The translations under genes and the position numbers were made by a program. From NCBI GenBank assembly GCA_018063125.1, contig JAGOQY010000001.1:1-61773 (forward strand): DNA of 61,773 bases, read 5' to 3'. Every line of letters starts with the position of its first letter. Position 1 is the stretch's first letter. This document shows positions 1 through 9,211 of this stretch, piece after piece. Source of the stretch: Patescibacteria group bacterium. GTDB lineage: Bacteria > Patescibacteriota > Patescibacteriia > 2-12-FULL-60-25. The notes below the pieces were generated by a model. That model worked only from the letters and a program-made list of their open reading frames with translations, was not told the DNA's origin and made no database searches.

Positions 1-1
1 C

Positions 2-286
2 TTTCTGCTGGGTCAAAATCTTTCCGACACACTCTGCGGAACAAAATGCTTGTGGCGAAAGAAATATTTGGAGCTTGCGGAAGGGCGTTCCTATTTCGGG
101 GATTTTGATCCGTTTGGAGATTTTGATCTGATCTTCGGTGCGGCAAAATTAAATCTCAAGATTTCGGAAATTCCGGTGCACTACAAGAGTCGAACGTACG
201 GGGAGACGCAAATTAATCGATTTCGCGATGGATGGCTTTTGTTGCAAATGTGTTGGTTTGCGGCGCGTAAGATGTACTTTCTTTGA
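2..286 (+). CDS. Glycosyltransferase family 2, C-terminal fragment (gene begins upstream of the window)
   Basis: Frame is open from nt 2 with no stop. ...DTLCGTKCLWRK... and ...SEIPVHYKSRTYGETQINRF... resemble the C-terminal half of Dpm1/GtrB-like GT2 enzymes. Its TGA overlaps the next gene's ATG (TGATG). Confidence 0.7.
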   Translation, partial: FLLGQNLSDTLCGTKCLWRKKYLELAEGRSYFGDFDPFGDFDLIFGAAKLNLKISEIPVHYKSRTYGETQINRFRDGWLLLQMCWFAARKMYFL

Positions 287-1050
287 TGGACCACGTCGCA
301 AAACAGCTTCAGTACTTTGCGAGCATTGACCATGCCCAGCGTTTTGTCTGGCAAACGGAAGATCCATTTGTTCGCGCGCAGGAGCATGAAACGTTGAAAC
401 CACTTGTTGAACGATTGCGCGCGTTGCGTGCGAGTGTGGGGCGTCCGTTGCGTGTGTTCGAGAGCGGCTGTGGAGAAGGGGTGAACATGATTCATCTGCG
501 ACAACTTGGTCTCACCGAGAACGATGCGGTGTTCTCCGGTGTGGATCTGAGCCCAGAAGCGGTCACAGAAGCTGGGCGGCATGGATTGGACGTACAGGTG
601 GGGAATGGGCTTCAGCTCCAGGTTGAGTCGACTTCATTCGACGCCTCGTTCTGTCGCGATGTTTTTCATCATTTGGAGAATGACGAAGATCGAAAACGAT
701 TCTTCTCGGAACTTCATCGGATTGTGCGACCTGGAGGCTTTATTGCGGCGATTGAACCGAATCCGTTCAATCCCATGATTCTTGCATTGTCGTTGACGGT
801 TCCAGAAGAAAAAGGATTGCGTTCGATCTCTGAATCTCGCATGAGAGAGATGTTTCCAGACGCAGAAGTGATCCGTACGGCTCCATCCGCATCGTGGCGT
901 TTCTGGTTACACTTCCATTCGCCGCTAAGACGTATTGTGTGGATTGCGAAACTGCTTCGTTGGAAACTTTCCTTTTGGGAATCCTGCTCACGACTCGTTC
1001 TCCCGAGCGTTTTTTGGTCGTATCGCGTTTACACTTGGAAAAAGAAATAG
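286..1050 (+). CDS. Class I SAM-dependent methyltransferase
   Basis: Motif I VFESGCGEG and post-I/II RIVRPGGFIAAIEPN. The track start 283 is TTG; the ATG is at 286. Confidence 0.8.
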   Translation: MDHVAKQLQYFASIDHAQRFVWQTEDPFVRAQEHETLKPLVERLRALRASVGRPLRVFESGCGEGVNMIHLRQLGLTENDAVFSGVDLSPEAVTEAGRHGLDVQVGNGLQLQVESTSFDASFCRDVFHHLENDEDRKRFFSELHRIVRPGGFIAAIEPNPFNPMILALSLTVPEEKGLRSISESRMREMFPDAEVIRTAPSASWRFWLHFHSPLRRIVWIAKLLRWKLSFWESCSRLVLPSVFWSYRVYTWKKK

Positions 1051-1075
1051 CACCTGATACGGTGTTCATTCTGAT

Positions 1076-1897
1076 ATGAAGAATATCGCCATCATGGGGA
1101 CCGGAATGGTCGGGGGAGCGCTCGACCGATATTTCAAAACACGCCAGATTGAGGCGGGTTTGTATGACCCTCCAAAAGGGCTGGATGACGTGTCCGTCCT
1201 TGATCGTGCCGAAATTGTCTTTGTCTGCGTCCCAACGCCGTACTACGAAGATACGGGGTTTGATCGTTCCTACATCGATGCCGCACTGCAGAAGCTCACC
1301 GGCGAAAAGGTGGTCGTGATTAAATCAACGATCATGCCGGGAACAACGGCGCAGTTGCAGGAGGAATATCCGCATCTTCGGATCATGTTTAACCCCGAGT
1401 TTTTGACCGAGGTTTCTGCCGACCAGGACATGTGTTTTCCAGATCGTCAGATCGTGGGAACGACGGAGCGAAGCTACACCGCGGCCGGAGATGTTCTCGC
1501 GCTTCTTCCGCTTGCTCCATTTGAACGTGTGATGTCTTCCACAGAAGCGGAGATGGTGAAGTATTTTGGGAACACGTGGTTCGCTTTGAAAGTCGCGTTT
1601 GCAAATCAGTTTTTCGATGTCTGCCAGAAGATGGGATTGAACTACGATGTGATCAAAGAAGGTGCGGCCGCAGATAAGCGTATCGGACGGACGCATCTCG
1701 ATGTCGTACACAAAGGCTATCGAGGATACGGCGGAAAGTGTCTGCCAAAAGATGTGCGAACACTCATTCAGCTCGCAAAATCTTTTGGATTGGATTTTTC
1801 TCTTCTCGAAGTCTCGGAAGCCTACAACGACAAGTTGATTGCTTCACAAGGCATGGATACGAAATGGGTCGAGGGAAGTCCGAAACGGAATCCCTAA
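1076..1897 (+). CDS. UDP-glucose/GDP-mannose dehydrogenase family protein, short form (273 aa)
   Basis: N-terminal Rossmann motif IMGTGMVGGAL. Catalytic-Cys motif GYGGKCLPKD. NPEFL motif. No room for the usual C-terminal UDP-binding domain. Confidence 0.75.
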   Translation: MKNIAIMGTGMVGGALDRYFKTRQIEAGLYDPPKGLDDVSVLDRAEIVFVCVPTPYYEDTGFDRSYIDAALQKLTGEKVVVIKSTIMPGTTAQLQEEYPHLRIMFNPEFLTEVSADQDMCFPDRQIVGTTERSYTAAGDVLALLPLAPFERVMSSTEAEMVKYFGNTWFALKVAFANQFFDVCQKMGLNYDVIKEGAAADKRIGRTHLDVVHKGYRGYGGKCLPKDVRTLIQLAKSFGLDFSLLEVSEAYNDKLIASQGMDTKWVEGSPKRNP

Positions 1898-1907
1898 TGA
1901 GGATTGG

Positions 1908-2423
1908 TCAGTCGAATTTCACAAGCGTATAGCCTAGTCCGATCAGCGAGCAGAGGATCCCCAAGATGATGGTTGTGAAATAGATTTTTCTTTGGTTCCA
2001 CCCGAATCGTTTTGTGATATGCAGGATGACCCAAGCAATACTCATCCAGATGACGGCATTCAAGAAAAATGGAGGCCACATGTTCAGCGGAGGAGTGTCG
2101 TTTCCCATGGGCGGATGCGGATAGAGGAAGGCGGTGAATGGAAAACCTGCAGATTCAATAGGCGCGTTGACGTTTACCGGACTAGATTGCGTAAGCGTTT
2201 TTATAGAAAGCCAAAGTGAAATCCAGAGGAATACGGATCCGAGGCTGGCGGTTGTGATGGCGAGGTCTCGGTGTTTTTTACTGAGATGGAAAACGAAATA
2301 ATAGGTTGCTATACAAAATAGCGCGTAGGCATACGAAAACGGATGGAGAAGAGCAAATGAGACGATGCCCGCCAGCATTCCGAAGACTAGCATCCAGATT
2401 GATCCAAGGAGAGTTGTCGGCAT
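1908..2423 (-). CDS. Hypothetical integral membrane protein (about 4-5 TM)
   Basis: ATG start and several long hydrophobic segments. Packed between two glycan genes. No recognisable motif. Confidence 0.55.
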   Translation of the reverse strand: MPTTLLGSIWMLVFGMLAGIVSFALLHPFSYAYALFCIATYYFVFHLSKKHRDLAITTASLGSVFLWISLWLSIKTLTQSSPVNVNAPIESAGFPFTAFLYPHPPMGNDTPPLNMWPPFFLNAVIWMSIAWVILHITKRFGWNQRKIYFTTIILGILCSLIGLGYTLVKFD

Positions 2424-2429
2424 AGTAGG

Positions 2430-3848
2430 CTAGGTTCCCTGTCTCCGAAGGACGATCCCAATCGTTTTCAGGAAAATCGCCGCGTCTAACAAGAGAGAAC
2501 GATGTTTCACGTAGTACAGATCGTACTGCAGTTTTTTCAGGTTATCTTCAACGGTTCCCGCGTACGGAAACTTCACCTGCGCCCAGCCCGTGAGTCCGGG
2601 GCGCGTGAGATGGCGAAGTTGATAGTACGGCATCTGTCGCGTGAGTTCTTCGGCGAATTCCGGGCGTTCTGGGCGTGGGCCGATGAAGCTCATGTCGCCA
2701 CGCAAGACGTTCCAGATCTGAGGAAGTTCATCGATTCGCGTCTTGCGGAGGAATAGACCGATTTTCGTGATACGTGGATCATTTTCTTTTGCCCACTGTG
2801 GTTGACCCGCGACTTCCGCGTCTTGTCGCATGGAACGGAATTTCCAAATGCGGAATGAACTGTTCATTCGTCCAACGCGAATTTGCGAATAGAGAATCGG
2901 TCCCGGCGAAGAGATTTTGATGGCAGCGGCAACAAACGGAAGAAGAAAGATTGTGACAGCACCGATCGGGAGAGAGAGGAGAAGATCGCCCACGCGCTTG
3001 GCGCTGTCGTACCAGGCTTTTTCACCTTCACGTAGATGTTCGATAAACCAGGTCTGCGTCACCTGTTCGAGCGGGATGCGGCCGGTGAGAACTTCTTCCA
3101 GCGATGCGCGATCTAAAAATGCGACCGGGGTAAAAATGGTGGAGAAGAGTGCATCGCGTAATCCAGGAATGTCATCTGGTCGATGACCAAGCACCACCGT
3201 GTGAATCCCGCGTTCTTTGAGAATGGATTCAATCTGTCGAAAATCCGCGTACCAGGTCACAGCTCCATCGGTGAAGCGACTGCCCGGAGCGGTTTCAACC
3301 ACGGCAGTCAATTCAAAACCAAGGGCGCTCTTCGTCAAAAGATCTCGAATGCGAGCGGCGTCATCTGTTCGTCCAATGAAGAGAACGCGATTTCGAAACA
3401 GCGTTTGTGCGATCCAGCGATTGTAGACGAGGCGCCAGGCATATCCGAACAAGAGCGCGAGTGCAAAATACAGAATCAGGTTTGTGCGCGGCTCAATGCC
3501 GAAGGGGATGAGATAAAAGAATCCGACGGCAAGGAGAAGGTTCAACAGCATCCCTTCGAGATACGATCGGAAGAAGCGCAGGCTGTCTCGCGTGAGTAGA
3601 AGATCGTAGAGACCGGTCACATAAAAACAGACCAGCCAAATGATCCCCAATAGAGAGAAGGGGAGAAGGTGAACTCTTCCGATGTTCTCCGAAACGCCGC
3701 CATATCGCATGGTGAGCGTGAGCCACAGGGCGAGCTGGAAAACGAGGTAATCTCCGCCCAGAAGCAGGAGTTGTTTGAGCCGGATGCTCTGTTGGAACAT
3801 ATCGGGTCTAGGGTGGCAGATTTCGGGGTCTCCGTCGAGGTTCTGCAT
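2430..3848 (-). CDS. Polyprenyl glycosylphosphotransferase (WbaP/EpsL-type initiating sugar transferase)
   Basis: C-terminal bacterial sugar-transferase signature DELPQIWNVLRGDMSFIGPRPERP...RPGLTGWAQV. N-terminal TM bundle. Alternative start at M17 (nt 3800). Confidence 0.9.
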   Translation of the reverse strand: MQNLDGDPEICHPRPDMFQQSIRLKQLLLLGGDYLVFQLALWLTLTMRYGGVSENIGRVHLLPFSLLGIIWLVCFYVTGLYDLLLTRDSLRFFRSYLEGMLLNLLLAVGFFYLIPFGIEPRTNLILYFALALLFGYAWRLVYNRWIAQTLFRNRVLFIGRTDDAARIRDLLTKSALGFELTAVVETAPGSRFTDGAVTWYADFRQIESILKERGIHTVVLGHRPDDIPGLRDALFSTIFTPVAFLDRASLEEVLTGRIPLEQVTQTWFIEHLREGEKAWYDSAKRVGDLLLSLPIGAVTIFLLPFVAAAIKISSPGPILYSQIRVGRMNSSFRIWKFRSMRQDAEVAGQPQWAKENDPRITKIGLFLRKTRIDELPQIWNVLRGDMSFIGPRPERPEFAEELTRQMPYYQLRHLTRPGLTGWAQVKFPYAGTVEDNLKKLQYDLYYVKHRSLLLDAAIFLKTIGIVLRRQGT

Positions 3849-3870
3849 GCATCATGCTAGAATGTGCGCA

Positions 3871-4329
3871 ATGTCGAGCCTTCTCCAGTATCCGCTTGTC
3901 CGAGCTGTTCGCGCTGAGCTCCCGCGTCTCATTCGTTTTGGGCTGATTGGGACCTTTTCGATGTTGTGCGTGATTGCGCTCTACGCCCTCGTTTCTGACG
4001 TTCTGTGGCCGTCTGGCCCACGAACGCCACAGTATGTTCTCGTTGTCTCCATCGTCGCATTTATCAACTATGAGGCAAACCGTCATTTCACGTTCGGAAA
4101 GCAGAATCGGTCTTCGGGATCCTTGGCACGATTTGCCACGGTTGCGGTGATTGCCACGGGATTAAACAGTACGCTGTTTTGGTTTGGGCATGATGTTCTT
4201 CGTTTGTGGGACTACGGCGTGATCGTCGGTGCGACGGCTCTCGTCGCGTTTTTTACCTTCTCGTCGCATCGTCTGTGGACATTTCATGAACGACCATGGC
4301 GATTCTTTGAGCGGTCTCGGCGCGCGTGA
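3871..4329 (+). CDS. GtrA-family membrane protein
   Basis: RFGLIGTFSM..., NYEANRHFTF and a C-terminal SHRLWTF; 4 TM. Start moved to the ATG at 3871 because the track start 3775 overlaps the divergent transferase. Confidence 0.7.
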   Translation: MSSLLQYPLVRAVRAELPRLIRFGLIGTFSMLCVIALYALVSDVLWPSGPRTPQYVLVVSIVAFINYEANRHFTFGKQNRSSGSLARFATVAVIATGLNSTLFWFGHDVLRLWDYGVIVGATALVAFFTFSSHRLWTFHERPWRFFERSRRA

Positions 4330-4344
4330 GGTATACTTCCGTCC

Positions 4345-5358
4345 ATGCCCGCAGAACATATTTTTGAACGCAAGAACGTCATCGTAACTGGTGGCGCTGG
4401 ATTTATCGGATCGCATCTGTGCGAACGTCTTCTCAAGGATTCGCACGTGATCTGTATCGACAACTTCATCACGAGCTCGGTGTCGAACATTGATCATCTG
4501 TTGCAGGATCCGAATTTTGAATTCATCAATCACGATATCATTAAGCCGATTGATCTCTCGGAGATGCCGGAACTTGAACGGTTCAAAATTCGATTTCAGG
4601 GAATCCAAGAGATCTATCATTTAGCCTGTCCGATCTCAAAGCGACATTTTGATGATTTCAAGATTGCGACCGTGCTCACGAATTCCGTTGGCGTGAAAAA
4701 CGTGTTGGACCTTTCCGTTCAATATCACGCCAAGATGCTTTACGCCTCATCAAGCGTCTTGTACGGCCCACGCCTCCCAGGAAAAGTTCATTACGCCGAA
4801 ACGGATGAGTGTCATATCGACCACCTCACATCTCGTGGTGCATACGATGAGGGAAAACGTTTTTCTGAAGCGATTCTTCAGACGTATGCAGACGTATATG
4901 GATTGGATGTGAAGATCGCACGCATCTTTCGAAGTTACGGCCCGCGCATGAAGATTTTTGACGGCAATTTGATTCCCGACATGATTCTTTCGGCGTTGGA
5001 TGGAAAAGACATTATCATCGCCGGTGATGAAGAAACGCGCACATCGCTTTGTTACGTCTCGGACATTATCGACGGTCTCGTTCGTCTCATGCAAACGCCG
5101 GTGGATGTCACGCTCCTCAACTTGGGTTCAGACGAAGATTTACGACTTGTAGCGGTCGCGCAAAAAATTCTTGAGCTGACGGCTTCTCCGTCACGAGTTC
5201 GTTTTGAAGCCCCCTTCGCGCATTACACGGAGGCGGGTTTACCGGACACAACGCGTGCTCGAGAAATTCTCGGTTGGATCCCACTTGTGCGCCTCGACGA
5301 CGGCCTTCGCCGCATGATCGACTTTGCCAAATCACATCGTCACTTAGTATCGTTCTAG
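4345..5358 (+). CDS. NAD-dependent epimerase/dehydratase (extended SDR, UDP-glucuronate decarboxylase-like), paralog 1
   Basis: VTGGAGFIGSHL and YDEGKR (YxxxK). Overall UXS-like layout. Confidence 0.85.
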   Translation: MPAEHIFERKNVIVTGGAGFIGSHLCERLLKDSHVICIDNFITSSVSNIDHLLQDPNFEFINHDIIKPIDLSEMPELERFKIRFQGIQEIYHLACPISKRHFDDFKIATVLTNSVGVKNVLDLSVQYHAKMLYASSSVLYGPRLPGKVHYAETDECHIDHLTSRGAYDEGKRFSEAILQTYADVYGLDVKIARIFRSYGPRMKIFDGNLIPDMILSALDGKDIIIAGDEETRTSLCYVSDIIDGLVRLMQTPVDVTLLNLGSDEDLRLVAVAQKILELTASPSRVRFEAPFAHYTEAGLPDTTRAREILGWIPLVRLDDGLRRMIDFAKSHRHLVSF

Positions 5359-5365
5359 GAAATAT

Positions 5366-6388
5366 ATGGCTGACGCTCCTGTCTTCGAAAAGAAAAACAT
5401 CCTCGTAACCGGCGGTGCCGGCTTTATTGGGTCGTTTTTGTGTGAAAAACTCCTCGCGGATGCGCGAGTGATCTGTGTGGATAACTTTGTGACGTCGCAG
5501 GAATCGAACATTGACCTCCTGCTCAAGAATCCGGACTTCGAGTTCATTCGTCACGATTTCAACACCCCGTTTGATCCCGAAGCGTTTCCGGAGCTCGCGC
5601 GATTCAAGATTAAGTTTCAGGGGATTCAGGAGATTTATCATCTCGCGTGCCCAACAAGTCCAAAGAAGTTTGATCAATTCAAACTCCAGACACTTCTCGC
5701 GAATTCTCAAGCCATGAAGAACGCGTTGGATCTAGCGGTTCGATATCGCGCGAAGTTTCTTCAAGCTTCCGCTTCTGTCGTCTACGGTCCACGCCGCGAA
5801 GGAAATGCGCCGTACATGGAGGAAGAAGTTGGTTGCGTGGATCAGCTCACGCCACGTTCCTGTTACGACGAAGGAAAGCGTTATGCTGAAACGATGGTGG
5901 AAACGTATCACCAGGTTCATGGAATCGATACAAAAATTGCACGCATCTTCCGCACATTCGGTCCGCGCATGGCGTTGTTTGATGGACAGATGATTCCGGA
6001 TTTCATCACGAATGCACTCGATGGAAAGGATCTCGTGATTTACGGCGATGAAACATTTCACACCTCGCTCTGTTACGTCTCAGACATGGTGGACGCGCTG
6101 ATGAAATTGATGCACGCACCAGCGGATATCGGTCCGGTGAACATCGGAAGTGATTTGGATGTTCCAATTGTCGAAGTCGCTCAGCGCATCATTGAAATGA
6201 CAGGTTCCTCATCGCGCATTACCTTCGAGGCTCCGCTCTTGTTTCTCACACCGCTTGGATTACCAAGTATCGTGAAAGCCAAAGAAAAACTCGGCTGGTT
6301 GCCGTTGGTTCAGCTCGATGAAGGACTCAAACGTACGATCGATTATACGATCGCACATAAGGGACTCCTTGGATTCAACGTTGGCTAG
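5366..6388 (+). CDS. NAD-dependent epimerase/dehydratase (extended SDR, UXS-like), paralog 2
   Basis: VTGGAGFIGSFL and YDEGKR. Collinear with paralog 1 along its whole length. Its TAG stop shares a CTAG with the stop of the convergent cyclase gene. Confidence 0.85.
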   Translation: MADAPVFEKKNILVTGGAGFIGSFLCEKLLADARVICVDNFVTSQESNIDLLLKNPDFEFIRHDFNTPFDPEAFPELARFKIKFQGIQEIYHLACPTSPKKFDQFKLQTLLANSQAMKNALDLAVRYRAKFLQASASVVYGPRREGNAPYMEEEVGCVDQLTPRSCYDEGKRYAETMVETYHQVHGIDTKIARIFRTFGPRMALFDGQMIPDFITNALDGKDLVIYGDETFHTSLCYVSDMVDALMKLMHAPADIGPVNIGSDLDVPIVEVAQRIIEMTGSSSRITFEAPLLFLTPLGLPSIVKAKEKLGWLPLVQLDEGLKRTIDYTIAHKGLLGFNVG

Positions 6389-7050
6389 CCTTTCACTTTC
6401 CAACCCTTGATCGTCACACCAGAAATCGTGAGCGGGAACGATGTGGCGTTCCACTTTTTCTTGCAGTTCTTTTTTGTGGCGTCTGTGATGAGAATCTCTC
6501 CGCGTTCGGCAACGTCTTCGCCAAGTTTTGAGGCGAGGTTCATTTCGTTGCCATAGAGGTCGTCACACGCAAGAAGCGTAGGGCCGTATCCGATTCCCAT
6601 ACACACATGGATATCACTCTCGTCTGGCGTCGCGAGGTTCGCGACATCGATATCATGTTTAATTTGAAGTGCCGCAGAGACAGCATCGTCTGGTTTTGGA
6701 AACGCGGCAAAGCAGTTATCGGCTTCGAATTTGATAATCACACCGGCATTTCGTCCGATGACCGGAGCGACCACGCGACGCATCCGACGAATCATGGCGA
6801 GATAATGAATGATCCCGTAGCGTTGAACGAGACGAGAGAATCCTGACATATCCAGAATCATGATGGCGGCAGTTTTCTCGAATTGAGCCTTGATTTTCTT
6901 ATCAACCATCTTCATCCGTTCCGGATGCTCAACGCGCTCAATCAGGAGTGAATCCAGGGATTCACAAGTGGGGAGTTTGGCGAGCGGGGAGCGCTTTGTG
7001 CCTTTTTTGGCGGGTTTCTGCTTGGGCATATGATGGCCGGATTGTAGCAT
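6385..7050 (-). CDS. Class III adenylate/guanylate cyclase domain protein (221 aa)
   Basis: ILDMSGFSRL (metal Asp), FEADNCFAAF, GIGYGP...DLYGNEMNLASKLGE...GEILIT. Lys-rich N-terminal tail. Confidence 0.7.
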   Translation of the reverse strand: MLQSGHHMPKQKPAKKGTKRSPLAKLPTCESLDSLLIERVEHPERMKMVDKKIKAQFEKTAAIMILDMSGFSRLVQRYGIIHYLAMIRRMRRVVAPVIGRNAGVIIKFEADNCFAAFPKPDDAVSAALQIKHDIDVANLATPDESDIHVCMGIGYGPTLLACDDLYGNEMNLASKLGEDVAERGEILITDATKKNCKKKWNATSFPLTISGVTIKGWKVKG

Positions 7051-7076
7051 AGACGGGTTTCGCGTAAGCTCGGGAC

Positions 7077-7757
7077 ATGAAGATTGTGGCCGTTATTCCT
7101 GCCTTTCATGAGGCGTCCCGGATTGGGGCGACGGTTCAGGGTGTCCGGTCATTTGTGGATGAAATCATCGTGGTCGATGACGGTTCGACGGATGAAACGG
7201 TTGAGGTCGCTCAATCGACTTCGGCGATCGTCCTCCGTCATTCCCTGAATCGTGGTCAGGGCGCAGCGCTTCGAACGGGAACCGAAGCGGCGTTGATTCG
7301 CGGAGCGGATATCATTGTTCATGTAGACGCGGACGGACAGCATTCCCCAGAGTTTATTCCTACGCTTGTGGATCCGATCAAAGATGGTGAAGCGGAAATC
7401 GTCTTCGGATCTCGTTTTCTCGGACGCACGCCAAAGGGAATGCCGCTCATGCGAAAGATGCTTCTTCGTGCCGCAACGATTTTTAATGCGATGGTGATGG
7501 GAATCCCGCGTCGTGTGACCGATCCGCAAAGTGGGATGCGCGCGATGACAAAAGATGCGGCGCGTCGTTTGGATTTTCGTCAGGATCGAATGGCACATTG
7601 TTCCGAGATTCTTCGGCTCGCAACGCGATCTGAATTTCGATGGAAGGAAGTTCCGGTTGAAATTCGATATACCGCCGATTCACTTGCGAAGGGTCAGAAG
7701 TCGACGGACGCGTTCAAGATTGCCTGGCAGATTATTCTTGGAATGTTCGCCAAATAA
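7077..7757 (+). CDS. Glycosyltransferase family 2 (Dpm1-like)
   Basis: VIPAFHE...VVDDGSTDET and the VDADGQH DxD region. Confidence 0.85.
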   Translation: MKIVAVIPAFHEASRIGATVQGVRSFVDEIIVVDDGSTDETVEVAQSTSAIVLRHSLNRGQGAALRTGTEAALIRGADIIVHVDADGQHSPEFIPTLVDPIKDGEAEIVFGSRFLGRTPKGMPLMRKMLLRAATIFNAMVMGIPRRVTDPQSGMRAMTKDAARRLDFRQDRMAHCSEILRLATRSEFRWKEVPVEIRYTADSLAKGQKSTDAFKIAWQIILGMFAK

Positions 7758-7760
7758 GAT

Positions 7761-8090
7761 ATGTTGATTCAATTTGTTCTCATCATCGTTTTGCTGGCGG
7801 CGCTCGTCATCACCTGGCGACGCGCAACTCAGCAAGTCATCTCACGCCGTGAAGCGCTCGCATGGAGCGTGCTTTGGATTGGCGCGAGTGTCGTTATTCT
7901 TCTTCCGCAAACAACGACGATTGTCGCAAATCTTTTTGGCGTTGGTCGTGGAGCGGACTTTATTCTCTACGCATCCGTCGTACTGATCTTCATTCTCATC
8001 TTTCGCATTTTTATCATGCTGGAACAGATGGAGCGTAAGCTGACGGATTTAGTTCGACGGGAGGCGTTGCGTGATCTTCCAAAAGAATAA
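7761..8090 (+). CDS. Small membrane protein, DUF2304-like GT2 partner
   Basis: 109 aa, 3 TM plus a C-terminal charged helix. Lies directly after a GT2 gene, as is typical for DUF2304. The family assignment is from memory. Confidence 0.6.
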   Translation: MLIQFVLIIVLLAALVITWRRATQQVISRREALAWSVLWIGASVVILLPQTTTIVANLFGVGRGADFILYASVVLIFILIFRIFIMLEQMERKLTDLVRREALRDLPKE

Positions 8091-8092
8091 TC

Positions 8093-9211
8093 ATGCGTGT
8101 CGTTCATCTTTCGTGTATCGCGCCACCACAAACCGGTGGAATGGGACGTACTCCGGCTGGAGACGTGTCCCTGCTTTTGGCGCGAGGGATTTCGGCGACA
8201 CAGATTGCACCCGCTTCTGCAGAAGTCTCCACTGTGCCGAACGTGCTTCGTTTGCCGGCAACATGGACGTTCGGGAATGCGGGGCGTATCAAACCGAAAG
8301 AGCTTGAAGCCGCGCTCGAAGGGGCGGACGTCGTTCATCTGCATTATCCGTTTTACGGTACTGCCGGAATGGTCGCGAAGCTGAGACGAAAAGGTGTGAT
8401 CAAGCGGCTTGTGATGACCCTTCACATGGATGCGACGGCTGACGGTCCAAAGGGGATTGTATTTGCTGTGCATCGATTGTTATTTCAAAAAAAGATTCTC
8501 GCATCTGCAGACCGGCTGATCGCGAGTTCGTTAGATTACGTTCGTTCATCTTCGTTTGCGCCGTTTGCAGATCGTGTCATCGAACTTCCATTTGGAATCG
8601 ATGCACAGAAATTTTCCCCAGGCCCTGCTGAACGAGAATCCTTTGAGATCAAGTCAGATTCTTTCGCGCTTGGATTTGTTGGTGGAATGGACACGGCGCA
8701 TGCGTTCAAGGGTGTTGATGTTCTCCTTTCCGCGATTTCAAAAGTTCCGTCAGCTCAACTTTTTCTTGTTGGCGATGGAGATCTTCGTCCCTCGTATGAA
8801 GCGTTGGCGAAATATCTCCAGATTTCGGATCGTGTGACGTTTTTGGGAAAAATGACTGAGTCACGACTGATTTCGTTTTATCGAAGTATTGATTCATTGG
8901 TTCTTCCGTCTACATCTGGGGCGGAAGCGTTTGGTCTCGTAGCACTCGAAGCTCAAGCTTGTGGAACTCCGGTCATCGCGAGTGATTTGCCCGGCGTTCG
9001 AACTGTGGTTTTGCATGACTACACAGGTTTGCTTACACCGCCGTCATCCGTCGAAGGATTGGTACAAGCGATTCAACAGATGATGGAGCCAGAACGACGT
9101 GCGCGCCTCGCAAGCTCAACGCGCTCATTCGTCGAATCCAAATTCACGCGTGAGCAATACGAGAAAAAGCTTGTTCAGATTTATACCGACGTATGCGCAT
9201 CGCTGTCTTAA
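8093..9211 (+). CDS. Glycosyltransferase family 4 (GT-B)
   Basis: EAFGLVALEAQACGTPVIASDLPGVRTVV (E-x7-E region). Confidence 0.85.
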   Translation: MRVVHLSCIAPPQTGGMGRTPAGDVSLLLARGISATQIAPASAEVSTVPNVLRLPATWTFGNAGRIKPKELEAALEGADVVHLHYPFYGTAGMVAKLRRKGVIKRLVMTLHMDATADGPKGIVFAVHRLLFQKKILASADRLIASSLDYVRSSSFAPFADRVIELPFGIDAQKFSPGPAERESFEIKSDSFALGFVGGMDTAHAFKGVDVLLSAISKVPSAQLFLVGDGDLRPSYEALAKYLQISDRVTFLGKMTESRLISFYRSIDSLVLPSTSGAEAFGLVALEAQACGTPVIASDLPGVRTVVLHDYTGLLTPPSSVEGLVQAIQQMMEPERRARLASSTRSFVESKFTREQYEKKLVQIYTDVCASLS

